62,817 nucleotides of DNA from Psammoneis japonica (taxonomy: Eukaryota): assembly GCA_008632985.1 (NCBI GenBank), contig QPGO01000015.1, positions 1-62,817 on the forward strand, in the 5' to 3' direction. Numbering within the stretch: position 1 is the first letter of the stretch; each line of letters begins with the position of its first letter. The notes beneath the pieces are model-generated. The model saw only the letters and a program-made list of their open reading frames with translations. It made no database searches and was not told the origin of the DNA. The translations under genes and the position numbers were made by a program. Below, in pieces: positions 40,199-52,158 of the stretch.

Positions 40199-41144
40199 CT
40201 AAAGTGATCGTCCCCAAAACAATTTTTGTACTTCTGGAGTGTTTCTGAATCCTGATGTGCTTGCAAAGGTGAAATCGGCTACAAGGCGGCTGCTATCACC
40301 CTCCACTCGAGTCACTCGATGGAGCGATTTTGATCCAGAAAAGATGGAAAGTGTTCCAGGAGAGAATTTCAATGTATGTAGAACAGGCGACGGGATTCTT
40401 TTTTCACAGAAGCTGTCTTTTTGAACGGTCTCGTCATACTCTCTCAATGCTGCAGCTACGGCTTCGAGAGCCATGTCATTCGGATTTTTCTGTCGCAGAG
40501 GATGAGTGTATTGAAATAATCCAGTACCCTCTACGGCAGCCTCCTGTAACATCAGAGTTGTGGAGAACTCTGATTCGTCAAAATGAAAAGAATGATGGTA
40601 CCGAGGACGGAACACATTGACTGAGCAACAGCCAAGAGGATCACCCGATATGTACAAAGAGTCATCACTGTTCTTTACAACGGCTTTCACCAACTCGAGA
40701 AGTGTCGCTGACTTGTACAAGGATGCCAATTCCGAGTCCAATGGCAGCTCATCGAAAGCAATGGACGCCACCTGTGTCCTCATTTCGTAATTTCTAACCG
40801 AATTTTCCGGTAAAGACGAGTCCCTTGGTAACAGATGCGCCGTGTGTGTGTCGTCGGTTGTGAAGGCTGAATCTTCCTTCGACCGAGCTTCTCCGATGCA
40901 CCGGGAAAGAGCTTCGTCAGTGATGAAACTTGGAAACGTGACTTTGACGCGGAGGATGAGACAGTGCCGAGCGAAGACGTGAGATGAACGGATGAAAATG
41001 CCACGGAAGAAAAACACTCGAGCACCCGGTCGATGAAATCTCACCAGCTCCGGTACGCCGGTATTGCTCCCTCGCCTTTTTAATAGCAGCAACAGCCTGC
41101 GTTGAAGTCAAATCCGAAAGCCAAGGGTACTTCTCAAAGTTCAT
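40199..41144 (-). CDS. Fe(II)/2-oxoglutarate oxygenase (HalD/BesD-related fold, HxD type); intron ~40944-41044
   Basis: SGDPLGCCSVNVF, HFD facial-triad motif, LHRVTRV...SRLVA. Exon 1 MNFEKYPW...TGA splices onto VTFPSF. Confidence 0.75.
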
Positions 41145-41149
41145 CGTTT

Positions 41150-42929
41150 GTGCTTTAGTCGCGGACCCTGATGAAAGGAGGAGACGAGGAGAAAGTTGGA
41201 GGTGTCTTCCTTGCTCGAACTTGTAGAGTCTTTAAATAGAAGATTAAGGGAGCCTATGTAGAGCGGAAGGGAACAGCAGAGGGAGGCACGGAGGTAGCTG
41301 TAGAGACGGTAGAGTAGAAGGGTCGAAGGACGCAAGACGAAGGGCGTTTTGAAGAAGGTATGGGTGAGGAGGGAGCAGGGAGAGAGGAAGTGAATCGGAG
41401 GATGTGCGTAGAAAGGTGAAGAACGACGTTGTAGCCAAGAGTTTGGGTGGCCCACTGGGATGGGGTGGCCGTACGGTAGGTGCTCCCAAAGCGATCGGCG
41501 GACAGGCGACGCCATGCGAAGTCAGCGGAGGGAAGGATTGCAGACGGAGACGACAAAGCGTAGAGGAAGGCGGAGTAGGAGGCATCGGAGTGACGAAAGT
41601 CAGAGGAAGAGGACCAGGGTGGCTTGGGCTGAGAGCAGACGGAGGAGGATGTAGAACCAAAGAGCAAGCGGTGAGCAAAGCAGCCGAGACCACCAAGGTG
41701 ATCTGCAGTGAAGGGGAGCAGGAAGATGCCATCGTTGTCAAGCGAAGAAACAACAAGGGATCAATCGGCAGAGGAAGTGGAGGGGCCAAGAAACTTCAAT
41801 CTTGCGCTCGAGTGGTGTGCCTCAGTTAAAATAGGAGAAGAGGGGGCAGGCAGACCTGGAGGAGGGCGAGAGGAAGCTTGAGGGACGGCAACGTCTGCTG
41901 CAATGTGGTGATGGCGGGAGGGAGCGGAAAGGGAGGCGGGAGGGGGAATTAAAATGCCGACATCGGCGGGACGGAGGAGCGGGCAGGTGGGGAGCAGGTT
42001 GGTGGGTTCGAGATGAACGTCATCAGGGGATCGACAGAACTCTGCAAGAGGACCCAAAGTTTGGGCTGGGATGAAAACAGCATCACGGAGACCATTGGAG
42101 AGCTTGGACTTGTGAGCACGGCGGCAAGAAAAGGCATGATCACCACAGGCATCCAGGATGGCATGGCCACAGGGACAGGGAGTGTTGACAAGGGACGGAG
42201 GAAGGATGGGGAGATGAAGCTTGCGAAGGGCGGCAATGACGTGGGCGTCCGAAGAAAGGCGGGAGCTTGGGAAGCGACGGGAGAAGGAATGAAGAGGGAG
42301 GCTTGCAAGCGGAGATGGCAATGAAGGGAGTGAAGATTGCACGTCGTAAGATGAGTTGGCAAGGATGGAGGTTGCTGCTTGCTGCTGATGTTCATGGCAG
42401 AGGCGACGAGCCAGGCCAGGAAGAGTGGCCGATTTAACCAGGGCAGCCAAGGAAGAAGAGGAAAGGGCAGAGGCGGAAGCCAGAACAGGAGCATGACGGC
42501 GGAAGAGCATGTGGAGTCATGGGGAAGAGCGAGGGTTGGACCAGGAAGACAGGGAGAGCTGAAAGCAGCGCAGAAGGGAAACAGAAGTGCCAGATGGCAG
42601 GCTGACACCGTGCGAAGCAAAGTGGAGCGAGCGGAGAAGCGACACCAAGAAGGAAGGAACGGCAGCAGCTGTTGGATCCCGGAGACCAAACCCGCCTGAG
42701 GAGGCAGGAAGGAAGGCAATGGCAATGGAATGGCCAGGAAAAGGAGCGGCGAAGGAAGTGACGCAGTGAAGAAAGCGGTGAGCAACGGTGAGGAGGAAAT
42801 CTTGAAATGGAGAGGTCCAGAGAAAGGGGTCGGGAGGATTGTCGGGGTCGAAGTTGCAGCAGAAGTCAGCCCCAAGGAGGTGAGCAGAGGATGGAAGAGA
42901 TTGATTGTTGGTTGGGGAAACAGCGCGAG
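41150..42929 (-). mobile_element. 5'-truncated non-LTR retrotransposon (CRE-like, restriction-like endonuclease), flanked by 5-bp direct repeat CGTTT
   Basis: GGFGLRDP RT-thumb-like motif, zinc knuckle CPCG...DACGDHAFSC, RLE motif RPADV...AADVAV and FLLPFTADHLGGLG; several frameshifts. CGTTT occurs at 41145-41149 and 42930-42934. Confidence 0.8.
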
Positions 42930-43465
42930 CGTTTCTTGAACTTAGAAACTTGGACGGAATGAACTTGCTGCCGACATGACGTCAGCGGTGCTGACGACAC
43001 GACGCACGATAACAGCATGGAGTTACGACTAGCACAATGTGAACTGTAAAAAACGTCCCGAACACCCGTATCGCATTTTTTGTACATCTATATTTAACGA
43101 TAACGTCTTTTAGCAAATAATTAGGGCATTTTTACAGATGTAACCCATACAATTTTTACTCAAAAATCGATACTTGTAACACAATTAGAAGATTTTTTAA
43201 TGTTTCCTATTCAAATTGAGAGTCAAATTTTGATATTACTTTTTCAACTCCGACTGCTTCATAATCAATAAACAAGTTCGAATATTTTATTAAAAGACGT
43301 GGCCGGCGTTTAGGTCCATTTTGGCGGCTCCGACATTTGAGTTTACTTAACACCAGACATTTCTATAGGACTTAAGTTCGTAGAGCAATAAATACGTAGA
43401 CTGGTACAAATTCTACATCAGGAGTCATGTGCAGTCATTTTACATACCAATCATACAGACATTTA

Positions 43466-44479
43466 CTATATATTTAAATACAAAGTATTCAGTTTGTAAT
43501 AGTCTATTTTGCACATTGTGCTAGTCGGTAGCCTCATAGGGCCCCAAACGACAAACGAGCAAAACGTGACTCGGTCGAGCGTTGGCCTCCGTCCAAACAT
43601 TGTCTCAACAAGATTTACACAACAATCACAAGTTGTGTCGCCCACTCGTTCCCAGCAAACACCGCACGTCAAAAGAGTTGCAGGGGACACGGCTGTGTGA
43701 CCGACGATGCCCTTTCGCTTGTCTGCACGCACAACCTGCTTCAGACCTGGCATGTCATCTCCATTGTTGACTGCAGCTTTCTTTTTATCGTCGTCCAATG
43801 AAACAATCAAGGATGCTGACTGGCTCACATTTATTTCTTGACACGTCTCGTTGAACCCATCTTGGAATTTTTCCCAGAGTGGCTTTTTCTTGCGAGCCGT
43901 TGACGATGGCGCATCGCCTGAACGGCCCATTAACTTCCACACCATTTTGCACTTCTCTTTAGTCATTAGCCCAGCACAATTTATGTCGTCATCATCACAC
44001 AACTCTTCAACTGACAACCGACATGCCTTTTGCTTGCAGTGGGTGGCAAGAAATTGAGAAGCTTCTTGAAACTTGAGCGACAACTCTGACTCCAGAAGTT
44101 GCATGAGAGGACGTGCACTGCCCATAAACAGTGACGCAATGTCCTCAATAGGATCAATCGATTTGAATTCTTTTCCTGTGAGTTTTTGCACCCTCTCGCG
44201 ACATCCCTGAATCTCTGCTTTGGCCGTCTCCCACACCTTTTGGGGAGCTTGGCTAAAGGCAATCTTGACATCTTTCCCATCATTGTCCACTTTCCATTTT
44301 GGACGGTCCTTTGACTGCTCGGTTCTATCACACTTATCCATCAAGCTGTCCTCAATCAAGTGGAGATCCTCGTCGCAAAAATTCAAGTCCTCTGTTGGAT
44401 TGAAATGCTCCACCCAATCTGATTCGGACGTCGTCACCGAGTGCAACGCCGATTCATCCATTGGTGCAAGTGAACTCAT
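43466..44479 (-). pseudogene. Truncated, mutated DDD transposase fragment (piggyBac-like)
   Basis: IVSLDDDK motif. The frame drifts after VTFCS, where D-R-G-Y would be expected. Cys-rich and Tyr-free over most of its length, and TpA-depleted. Confidence 0.55.
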
Positions 44480-44978
44480 GCATGGACTGAAATCTCAGTG
44501 TCGTCTTATGCAGGTAGAATCAGGGATGTGTGATTGTAAGACTTGGTTGGCAGCATAAAAAAATAGAAAGTGCACAAACTCGGTTGATTGCTGAGAATTC
44601 AAATTCGAGAATTCTTCCTTCAGCATGACCTCATCGTAGACTCTGTGCATGCAATGACCTTTGTACCAGGACAGCGTACAAGTCTACGAGCAGAAAAGCG
44701 GCGCGCTGCGGTTTCAGACGCAGCAACTACGGCGTTGATCCAGAACGACGCCATTGTCTCTTTTCGTTTGAGAGGTTCATGAATCTTGTTGGCATGGAAA
44801 CGTGCATCTACAGGATTTGCTGGTACAGTCCTACGTAGCCTCCTTTCGTGCCCCTGTGGGCACGAACGGACAAAAAACAGACGAAAATCTTCACGGGGGA
44901 TATCGAGCGCAGGAAAGTTCGATGCGATGGCGTGAGTAACTTATATGTCGCGTTATCGTCACCTTCCAAATCGATCTT

Positions 44979-46166
44979 ATGCTCTCGTCATCTCTGATTG
45001 CAGAGTTGTTCATTTGTATTGCCATCGTTTCTCAGTCAGCCTCGTTCACCCCGAGAAGCCTACGAAGCAGGATGGTCGAACAACCAATTTTCCTGAGTGA
45101 CGCAAATGGAGAGCATGTTTCTTACAACACTCCACCTTTGTTTTCGGTTGGAGTCATCGCGGATATTCAATATGCACCGATACCGGATGGTTTCTCCTAC
45201 GGCGGAGTACCTCGTTACTACCGCCATTCCCTCGAAACAGCACGCCACGCCGCCGAGCACTTTGAAAAGGAGAGATTGAGTCTGATGCTGAATCTCGGGG
45301 ACACTGTGGATGGAAAGTGTCAGGATATTGATGAGCACGGCGGAGATTCAGTGTCTGAGGGTGTAGATCCAGGCCACGCTGCCGTGGATGATGTGCTAGA
45401 TGCATTGTCAGCCTATCAGACTGGCCCAATGATACACACCTACGGAAACCACGAACTGTATAATTTGGATCGACACGACATTGGTATCAAGCTTGGCATT
45501 CCTTTTGTGATTGAGCCTTGTGGCGACTTGGTGGGCTATCGAAGTGTTACTTACAAGCATGTGCGGTTCGTCGTCCTTGATACTTATGATTTAGCGCTCA
45601 TGGGTCGATGTCCTCAAACATCACGAAAACACAAGCAAGCTACAGAAATCATGACAGAGAATAACCACAACTTCCCAGAGGCCGAAAACTCCCCCGAGGG
45701 TCTCGATGGACTTCAGAAGAGGTTTGTTGCCTTCAATGGTGCAATTGATACCCCTCAATTGACATGGCTAGATGAGACGTTGCAAGAAGCAAGAGAAGCT
45801 GGCGAAAAGGTCATTCTTGTTTCACACCAACCGATCCTACCTGGTTCTTCTAGTCCTGTTTGTTTAGTATGGAACTACGATGAAGTTTTGAAAATTGTGC
45901 AAGAATACAGTGACGTAGTTGTGGCATCCTTTTCCGGACACGCTCACAAAGGGGGCTACGAACGCGATTCTATTTCTGGTATTCACTTTCGAGTATTCGA
46001 GGCAGCATTGGAAAATCCACATCCGCACAAAACGTATGCTTGTGTTGACATTTTTGAAGATCGTCTAGTAGTTCGGGGTTATGGCAACTGTAAAAGTGCG
46101 GTCTATGACTTCGACCACACAGCAGTATCAAGACAGAAAGGCGAGTTGCTTGAAGATCCTGCGTGA
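44979..46166 (+). CDS. Mn-dependent ADP-ribose/CDP-alcohol diphosphatase (ADPRM-like metallophosphoesterase)
   Basis: GVIADIQYA, RYYRHSL, NLGDTVDG, GNHELYN, RFVAFNG, SHQPI and SGHAHKGGY motifs. Confidence 0.9.
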   Translation: MLSSSLIAELFICIAIVSQSASFTPRSLRSRMVEQPIFLSDANGEHVSYNTPPLFSVGVIADIQYAPIPDGFSYGGVPRYYRHSLETARHAAEHFEKERLSLMLNLGDTVDGKCQDIDEHGGDSVSEGVDPGHAAVDDVLDALSAYQTGPMIHTYGNHELYNLDRHDIGIKLGIPFVIEPCGDLVGYRSVTYKHVRFVVLDTYDLALMGRCPQTSRKHKQATEIMTENNHNFPEAENSPEGLDGLQKRFVAFNGAIDTPQLTWLDETLQEAREAGEKVILVSHQPILPGSSSPVCLVWNYDEVLKIVQEYSDVVVASFSGHAHKGGYERDSISGIHFRVFEAALENPHPHKTYACVDIFEDRLVVRGYGNCKSAVYDFDHTAVSRQKGELLEDPA

Positions 46167-47187
46167 GACAGACTACTCGTACGAGACACACTAAGTCTCT
46201 GGTAGTAGACATTATAATGCTTTGATAGAAGACTCATGAAAACTTGAGCCATACTCGTACTTTTATGATGTAGAGTCTATGCTTTGAGGATCACGTTCGT
46301 ACTGTGGAGGTAGCCGGAAAGAATACAACTCTGGGTGCAACTGTGTAGGTTCTAGTACTTTTCCTACGTTGTAGGTTGAGAACTCGAGCATCACCAGTGA
46401 AGCACAGACACCGACTTCCGCTACATCAACCTGCAGCACCCTCCAAGACGCGCAGCGGCGAAGACAACCACAAAAGAAAAAGATCGCGACAATGGCCTAC
46501 TTTGCGTCGCTGATATCTATATATATTTTTGCCGTATTTTCCCGTTTCTTTTCGCAGTATTCGGAGCTTTTATACAAGGAATATGATGGGCTAGTGGAGC
46601 TGGCGTTGAATTCATTCCATCGAGGCGGATTTGTCGCTGAAGGTACCACACAGAAATTGTGAGAATTGAGCATCAACATGACGGATTTTTGTGATATTGT
46701 AATGCATCTTTGGTGTTGTTTCTCACTTCTTGTCATTATTTTGACGTTTGTGATATAAGGTGTCTATAGGGCTTGGTTTTATTCCGTACTGACTTGCTCC
46801 TCGGAACTTATCGTTGAATAATCAAAATTGCGTTTCAATTGGATTTGATGATCAAGAGTTGGCGGCGGTGATGTCTAAACATCCCTTTGGCCGATATTCG
46901 CGGTTCTTGTTTCATTTTCAACGGTACTTCTACAATGAATCCGACAGGCCTGGTTTTATTGTGCAAAATTTCATTCCATAGAGATGGATTTATTGGATGT
47001 CGATTGACACCCAAATGCTGCTTCAATTGGAAGGGACGCTACAGTAATGTTTTGGATTGAAATAGGAAGAATGAAGACCTAGACATGTATGACATGTAAC
47101 ATGAATATTAAATATGGTATGTAATACAAACAAACATGAACTGACATGGAATGCAATCGCCGTCTGACCCCTTCTTTCTTTCTACCA

Positions 47188-49155
47188 CTAAACCTGCAGC
47201 AATGGACTCAGACGGTTGTTGCGCTTGTCGTGTTTCAATGCATTGATAATCTGAGTCACTGGTTTTGCTGCACCATAAACCTGATACACGCGATCACAAG
47301 CTACCTGGGCACTCAATCCAGCTCGGACAAGCCCAGCCACCACGTCCCATAGAACCTTCCTTCTGTGGCACTTGTGCTTGACTCGACCGCGCTCCTCTCT
47401 GGTAAAGTCTCGTGCTGCTTTCCTGCCACCAATTCCATTCTCATACTCTTGCCACAGAATGTGAACAGTCCTTGGATTAGGGCTCAGGGTGCTCTCATAA
47501 GGGACGTGATTTGGATTATTATTGTTGTTTGCACCTTGCTGAGGCGGGACGTTTCCTGCCGCTTGTTGGTTACCCTCTTGGTTTCGTACAACTCTAAATG
47601 CCGGCTGGGAAGCAAGGCGTCGCATATTGCGTTCTACATTTGCAAGTCGGCGCTCCAGCTGTGCATGACGATCATCGGAGCTGGCTTTGAGCTCCTCCAC
47701 GATGCGACGCAATGACCTCACCTCGGAGTGCATCGCGAGCAATAGATTTCGATCGGCAAGCCCGCGGCCGGCTGCGACGCCCCCATTCTGAGCGCCATTC
47801 CCCCCATCATCAACATCCACCACTTCATTGAAATATACCTCGGCATCTTCACCAGTCACCACCATCAATACTTTTTTAATTGGGTTCTCGCCAATCGGCA
47901 GTTGACGCACTCCATTGTATGCTTGGAGAATGCGCTCTCTCAGATGTTGCGGAAGGTACTCGCTTTCCTCTGAAAAAGCAAACCACAGCAGTGCTTTCCC
48001 AAGCACCAAAGCAATCTCAGAACCAAATTTGTTGTTTATTGCCGGCACTACATGCTCCAATAAAAAATCATTTGAAACTCCAGCGCCCTCCTTGACAATG
48101 TATTTGCACGGGCCTCCAACACAGAGTGCCGAGGCAACCTTGACATCCGGCCATGGCAACTCTACATCATCATACAAATCCGATATGCGCTTGGATATTT
48201 TCCAACGGCCACGATAGTCCTTCTCGTCTTTTTGGCACCCGTTTTTGCGGGCACGCGTTGAGCCATATTTTCTGTTGCTGTGCGAGCCAACCAGTCCTTT
48301 GGTGCTTCCTGTTGCAGCAACAAATTCTGGATGAATGTATACTTCGTTTGCGAGTATCTTGGTGACTGCATCCTTCACCTTTTCTCCTCCTTCTGGCACA
48401 CGAAGGTCATCGGTTAATCCAAAAATGTAAGGTGTACGTTCTGCGGCACCTCCTGCACCATGGAACACTTCTAGCCAAATTGCCAAGCCAAGCAAAGAAC
48501 AAAACTGTGGGTCCATTGCCCCAATGAGAATTTGGTTTGGGGCATCTCTTTCTTCCAGACAGTTCTTTGACCAATTTAGCCTTGCCCGTAGCGTAAAGTC
48601 ATTGGCTGGATGGGGGGTGAAATTCTCATTGAGGAACTGCGTGCAATCGTCGATTCGACCAATCATGTGAACCTGAAACCGGAACAAGCTTGGCATGAGA
48701 TACTTTCGCAGCATGGAATTGGTCTGGTTTTCCTCGAGTATTTTGATTTGAGCCCGGTACTCCTCGTCTTTCAATGGTCGTCTCTTTTTTGACGGCGCAC
48801 CCCTGTTCCGAGTTTCCTCTTTCTTGACCTTTTTGATGAGTTCGTTTACGTCGGTTGATCGTGTCGGGTTGCCTTGGTTTGATTGAACATTCCACGGCAT
48901 CAACCGGTTTGGCATGTAGCTGGAAATCGCCTTCTTCCAGTATTCCAACGAACTTGACCTTGCTTGCTTGGGCAAGTCGTCATCGCCTGGTTCGGGCGTT
49001 CCATACGCCTTTAGATTCATCCACCGCTTGACATCGTCGGGGGTTATTTGAAGCAGCCTCTGGTTGGTGAACTCTTGTTCATACTGATAAGTCACCCCAT
49101 CAAGAAATGACATGAGTGCTATCAAGGTTGGCTTGTAATCATTTTTAGACGGCAT
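47188..49155 (-). mobile_element. Crypton (CryptonS-like) tyrosine-recombinase transposon ORF with C-terminal GCR1_C-like domain; element ends not defined
   Basis: WKKAISSYMP...GNPTRS N-terminal block. YR catalytic-like residues GRIDD, HSNRK, RGRWK and DLYDD. C-terminal LSPNPRTVHILWQEYENGIGGRKAARDFT..ERG. Uninterrupted 655 aa. Confidence 0.8.
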
Positions 49156-49605
49156 GGTCTTCGTTGTATTGTTGCATAAATCGATCAGAAACGCGACGTA
49201 CCATGCAACAAATCGGTTGTTTCAATACGGAAAAAACTCCCGTGCTTCCTCCAAAAAAACACGGAAGGTACGGTTGCTGAAGAGGGGGTAACGGTCAGTA
49301 CAATGTGTAGAATTCAACGGGGAAATACTACGGAATACAACATGGGTTGTATTCCCGGGATAATGTACGAGTAGCCGGCTCCGGGTTCAGCGGTCATGCG
49401 GAGTGATGCGCTCCTCGTGACTGGTTCGTGACTTACGAAAACTGCATGGCGGTGCTGTGGTCGCGCTTTCTGAAGAAATCGCGACCACAACCGAGCGTTG
49501 ATCTTGGATGGTCGCAAGCTACAAGCTTCCATAATTTTGATCTCGTGACCAAGTATTTTACAATTATTCACCTCTCTAGGGCCCTAGAACGATATTCTGT
49601 GCAAA

Positions 49606-50154
49606 ATGATTAAGAGTGGGGAAACGATTGACTGCAGCTTCTTACAGAAATACTCTATTGTTTCTCTCGGCTCGCATCAAATTGTCCGTCAAAAATCTGA
49701 TGAAGGCGGTTCGCCCCTGCCTAAGACTTTCCAGCCTTCGAAGTACGAGGTGATATGTGGCCGCGGAAAGACTTGCTACGACCACCCGGGCAACGTGATG
49801 TTTCGGGAGACCGTTTCAATGCACTTGAAAGAATACTTGAAAGCAAAGACGAAACTAGAAAAATCTCTTGTGGTGGTTGCGATTGTTGACAGCATTCGCG
49901 AATCAAGTTCAAACGGCGGATTTGTAAAGAAAAATTATACCACAGACGCTTGGGAGGTTGTCTCAGATCGCCAAGCAAGAGAAAAGGTCGGTCATTCGCT
50001 AAGAGAGACATTGAAGGCGGCGAAAAGCTTAAGTCGAAACGACAAACGAGTCCCTCCTCAGAGGAGTTTCGAAAAGAAGCAAAAATCATTACTCTTGGCC
50101 CAGCGTGAAATCTTTCGGAAGTTAGTGGAGGCAGACACGCAGGGAGAGATCTGA
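49606..50154 (+). CDS. DUF6824 domain protein (diatom-expanded family)
   Basis: EVICGRGK..YDHPGNVMFR...YLKAKTKLEKS..V..IVDSIR...GGFVK...W..VSDRQAREKVGHSLR. Confidence 0.85.
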   Translation: MIKSGETIDCSFLQKYSIVSLGSHQIVRQKSDEGGSPLPKTFQPSKYEVICGRGKTCYDHPGNVMFRETVSMHLKEYLKAKTKLEKSLVVVAIVDSIRESSSNGGFVKKNYTTDAWEVVSDRQAREKVGHSLRETLKAAKSLSRNDKRVPPQRSFEKKQKSLLLAQREIFRKLVEADTQGEI

Positions 50155-50180
50155 TTCTTTCTCGGCAAAAAGCCTTGGCT

Positions 50181-51590
50181 CTACTGTTCCTGACGGAGTG
50201 CTTTGGCCAACTTCTCCTCCCACGGACTCTTCTTGTTGCTTCTGTCAGGAGGGTGTCTCCCATAGTACAAGGTGAACAAATCATTCGGATTCATCCCCCC
50301 TGCATACATGTTGACAAATTTTGAGTTCATGAATGTGACATATAGTACTCCAAACTTCTGCCACCGTCGTGGTGAACACAAGGCAGATGCCCCCTTAATG
50401 ATAACAACTCGTTCGTTATTCAATCCGAACTGTTTCAGCAATGCTGAACGTCGTCGTAGGAGATGTATCAATTCATAGTCTTCCATTAAACACTGATCTG
50501 GAAAGCCTCCCACAAAATTAAAAACAGAGGCCGGAATCGAAAGAACCTGATCGCCGTACGGTAGAGAATAAATATGAGATCTAAGATTCGCAGTCATTTC
50601 GACTGCCTTGATGCCAGGCGGATACGGTCCACCATTCAAACCAGCTTGTGATGTGTCAATACCAAAAGAGAAGGCACAAGAGTTAGCACGTGATTCGTTG
50701 CCATAGTATCCATGCGCTCTACTCAATGCTTCCACAACTTTGCTATCCCAATCCTGTGGAAGTGCTGTGTCGGAGTGACAGAAGCAATAAAAGCGACCAG
50801 TGGCGAAACTTGCACCAAAGTTGAGACACGGACCACGACCTCCACCGTTTGTAAATGCAACAACCATGAGTTCTCCCCAACACCCGATCAAGTCTCTTAC
50901 AGACTCTTCTAAATCTACGCAGGCTCCAGCATCTACCAACACAACTTGGACAGTTTGTGGACGCCTACATGCTTTCAACGCACGTTTCAGTTTGGAGAAA
51001 ACGTCGGTTCCAAGTTCACGAAAGGCGGGAACAATCATTGAAATCTCGAATTTGCCGCTCTCTCCAACGGGCGGTAACACCAACAATGGAGCCCATATTC
51101 GCACAAGCTGTCTCCTTAAGACAGCATGGTGGTCCGAGGTATCCCGAATCTGTCGCTCTTGACTGACGGGACGCATTGCAAGAGACGCCAGCCTCCTACA
51201 AATATCGCTGGAACGCAACAAGTCAGTCAATGCTTCGTCCGACCACTGTAGCTTTTTTGTTAAGCTTTGTAAAAGGGACACGAGTTGATCAAGTCGTTCT
51301 GATGGAGAAAAGCGATCCAATTCATCTCGACTACATGTCGTCAATGGAATCCAACAGGGCAATTCAATATGCAGATTCACTGGAGACGCTTTCCTGTTCA
51401 ACATTCGAAAGAGACGCTGTACCGATGGAGAGATATAGGTTGACATCACATAGTGGTACCCCGACACCCCAAGACACGATAGAGCTAGTGAGCAACAGAG
51501 AAACGATTCGACCACAAAGGGCAACGAAGTTTCCGGTCCTCCAATCAGCGGTAATTTCTTTTTCGTTTTTTCTCCTCTGGCGGGTTGCAT
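50181..51590 (-). CDS. GT2 glycosyltransferase, TIGR04283-like, with N-terminal TM segment
   Basis: ISMIVPAFRE, VVLVDAG, GRGPCLNFGA, FCHSDT, LPYGDQ, VGGFPDQCLMEDYEL and SPRRW motifs. Confidence 0.85.
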   Translation of the reverse strand: MQPARGEKTKKKLPLIGGPETSLPFVVESFLCCSLALSCLGVSGYHYVMSTYISPSVQRLFRMLNRKASPVNLHIELPCWIPLTTCSRDELDRFSPSERLDQLVSLLQSLTKKLQWSDEALTDLLRSSDICRRLASLAMRPVSQERQIRDTSDHHAVLRRQLVRIWAPLLVLPPVGESGKFEISMIVPAFRELGTDVFSKLKRALKACRRPQTVQVVLVDAGACVDLEESVRDLIGCWGELMVVAFTNGGGRGPCLNFGASFATGRFYCFCHSDTALPQDWDSKVVEALSRAHGYYGNESRANSCAFSFGIDTSQAGLNGGPYPPGIKAVEMTANLRSHIYSLPYGDQVLSIPASVFNFVGGFPDQCLMEDYELIHLLRRRSALLKQFGLNNERVVIIKGASALCSPRRWQKFGVLYVTFMNSKFVNMYAGGMNPNDLFTLYYGRHPPDRSNKKSPWEEKLAKALRQEQ

Positions 51591-52158
51591 GTTCTTTTGC
51601 TCTGACGAAGGTAATCCTTTTATACGCTCAGATTCAAGCTAAACCACTGCTACTCCCTTGCAGGTGACTTAATGGGTCGCTGTCGCCTATGTAGGGCCCT
51701 ATTGTGTCGAATTTGATGTCACGCAGCAAATCGCAATCGCCATTGCGTGTTTAATCTAGTGTTTCGCTTTTCGCTCAGTGTTCAATTCGGAGAGAGTCGA
51801 ATGATTCAATTTTTGGAGGAATCTTCGAAGGATGATTCCAGAGATTCCTGCATATTTTATCATTTAAAAATAAATATAATCATTGATGAAGGCTAATTAT
51901 ATGACGTACGTCAGTGCTTGAAAGATACCCTGCGTAGGTTTCTACTCTGTCATCTACGGGGTACGTAGTTGCAGTAGAATCTACTGCCCGTGACGCTGCC
52001 ACACAAACACACCGAGCGACGACGTTTTTTCGATGAAACCACATCATCGAGGTTGCTTTCCCAAGAGCCATCAATATTTTTGTGTGTGAGGAAGCAAAAA
52101 GCATTCGTTTCGATAGAGTCTCTGTATGCATCAAACTCTTTGTAGTAACAGCAAAATT

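Noticed and set aside
40199..41144. BesD-type halogenase
   Set aside because: The metal motif is HFD with the carboxylate retained, which fits a hydroxylase rather than an HxG/A halogenase.
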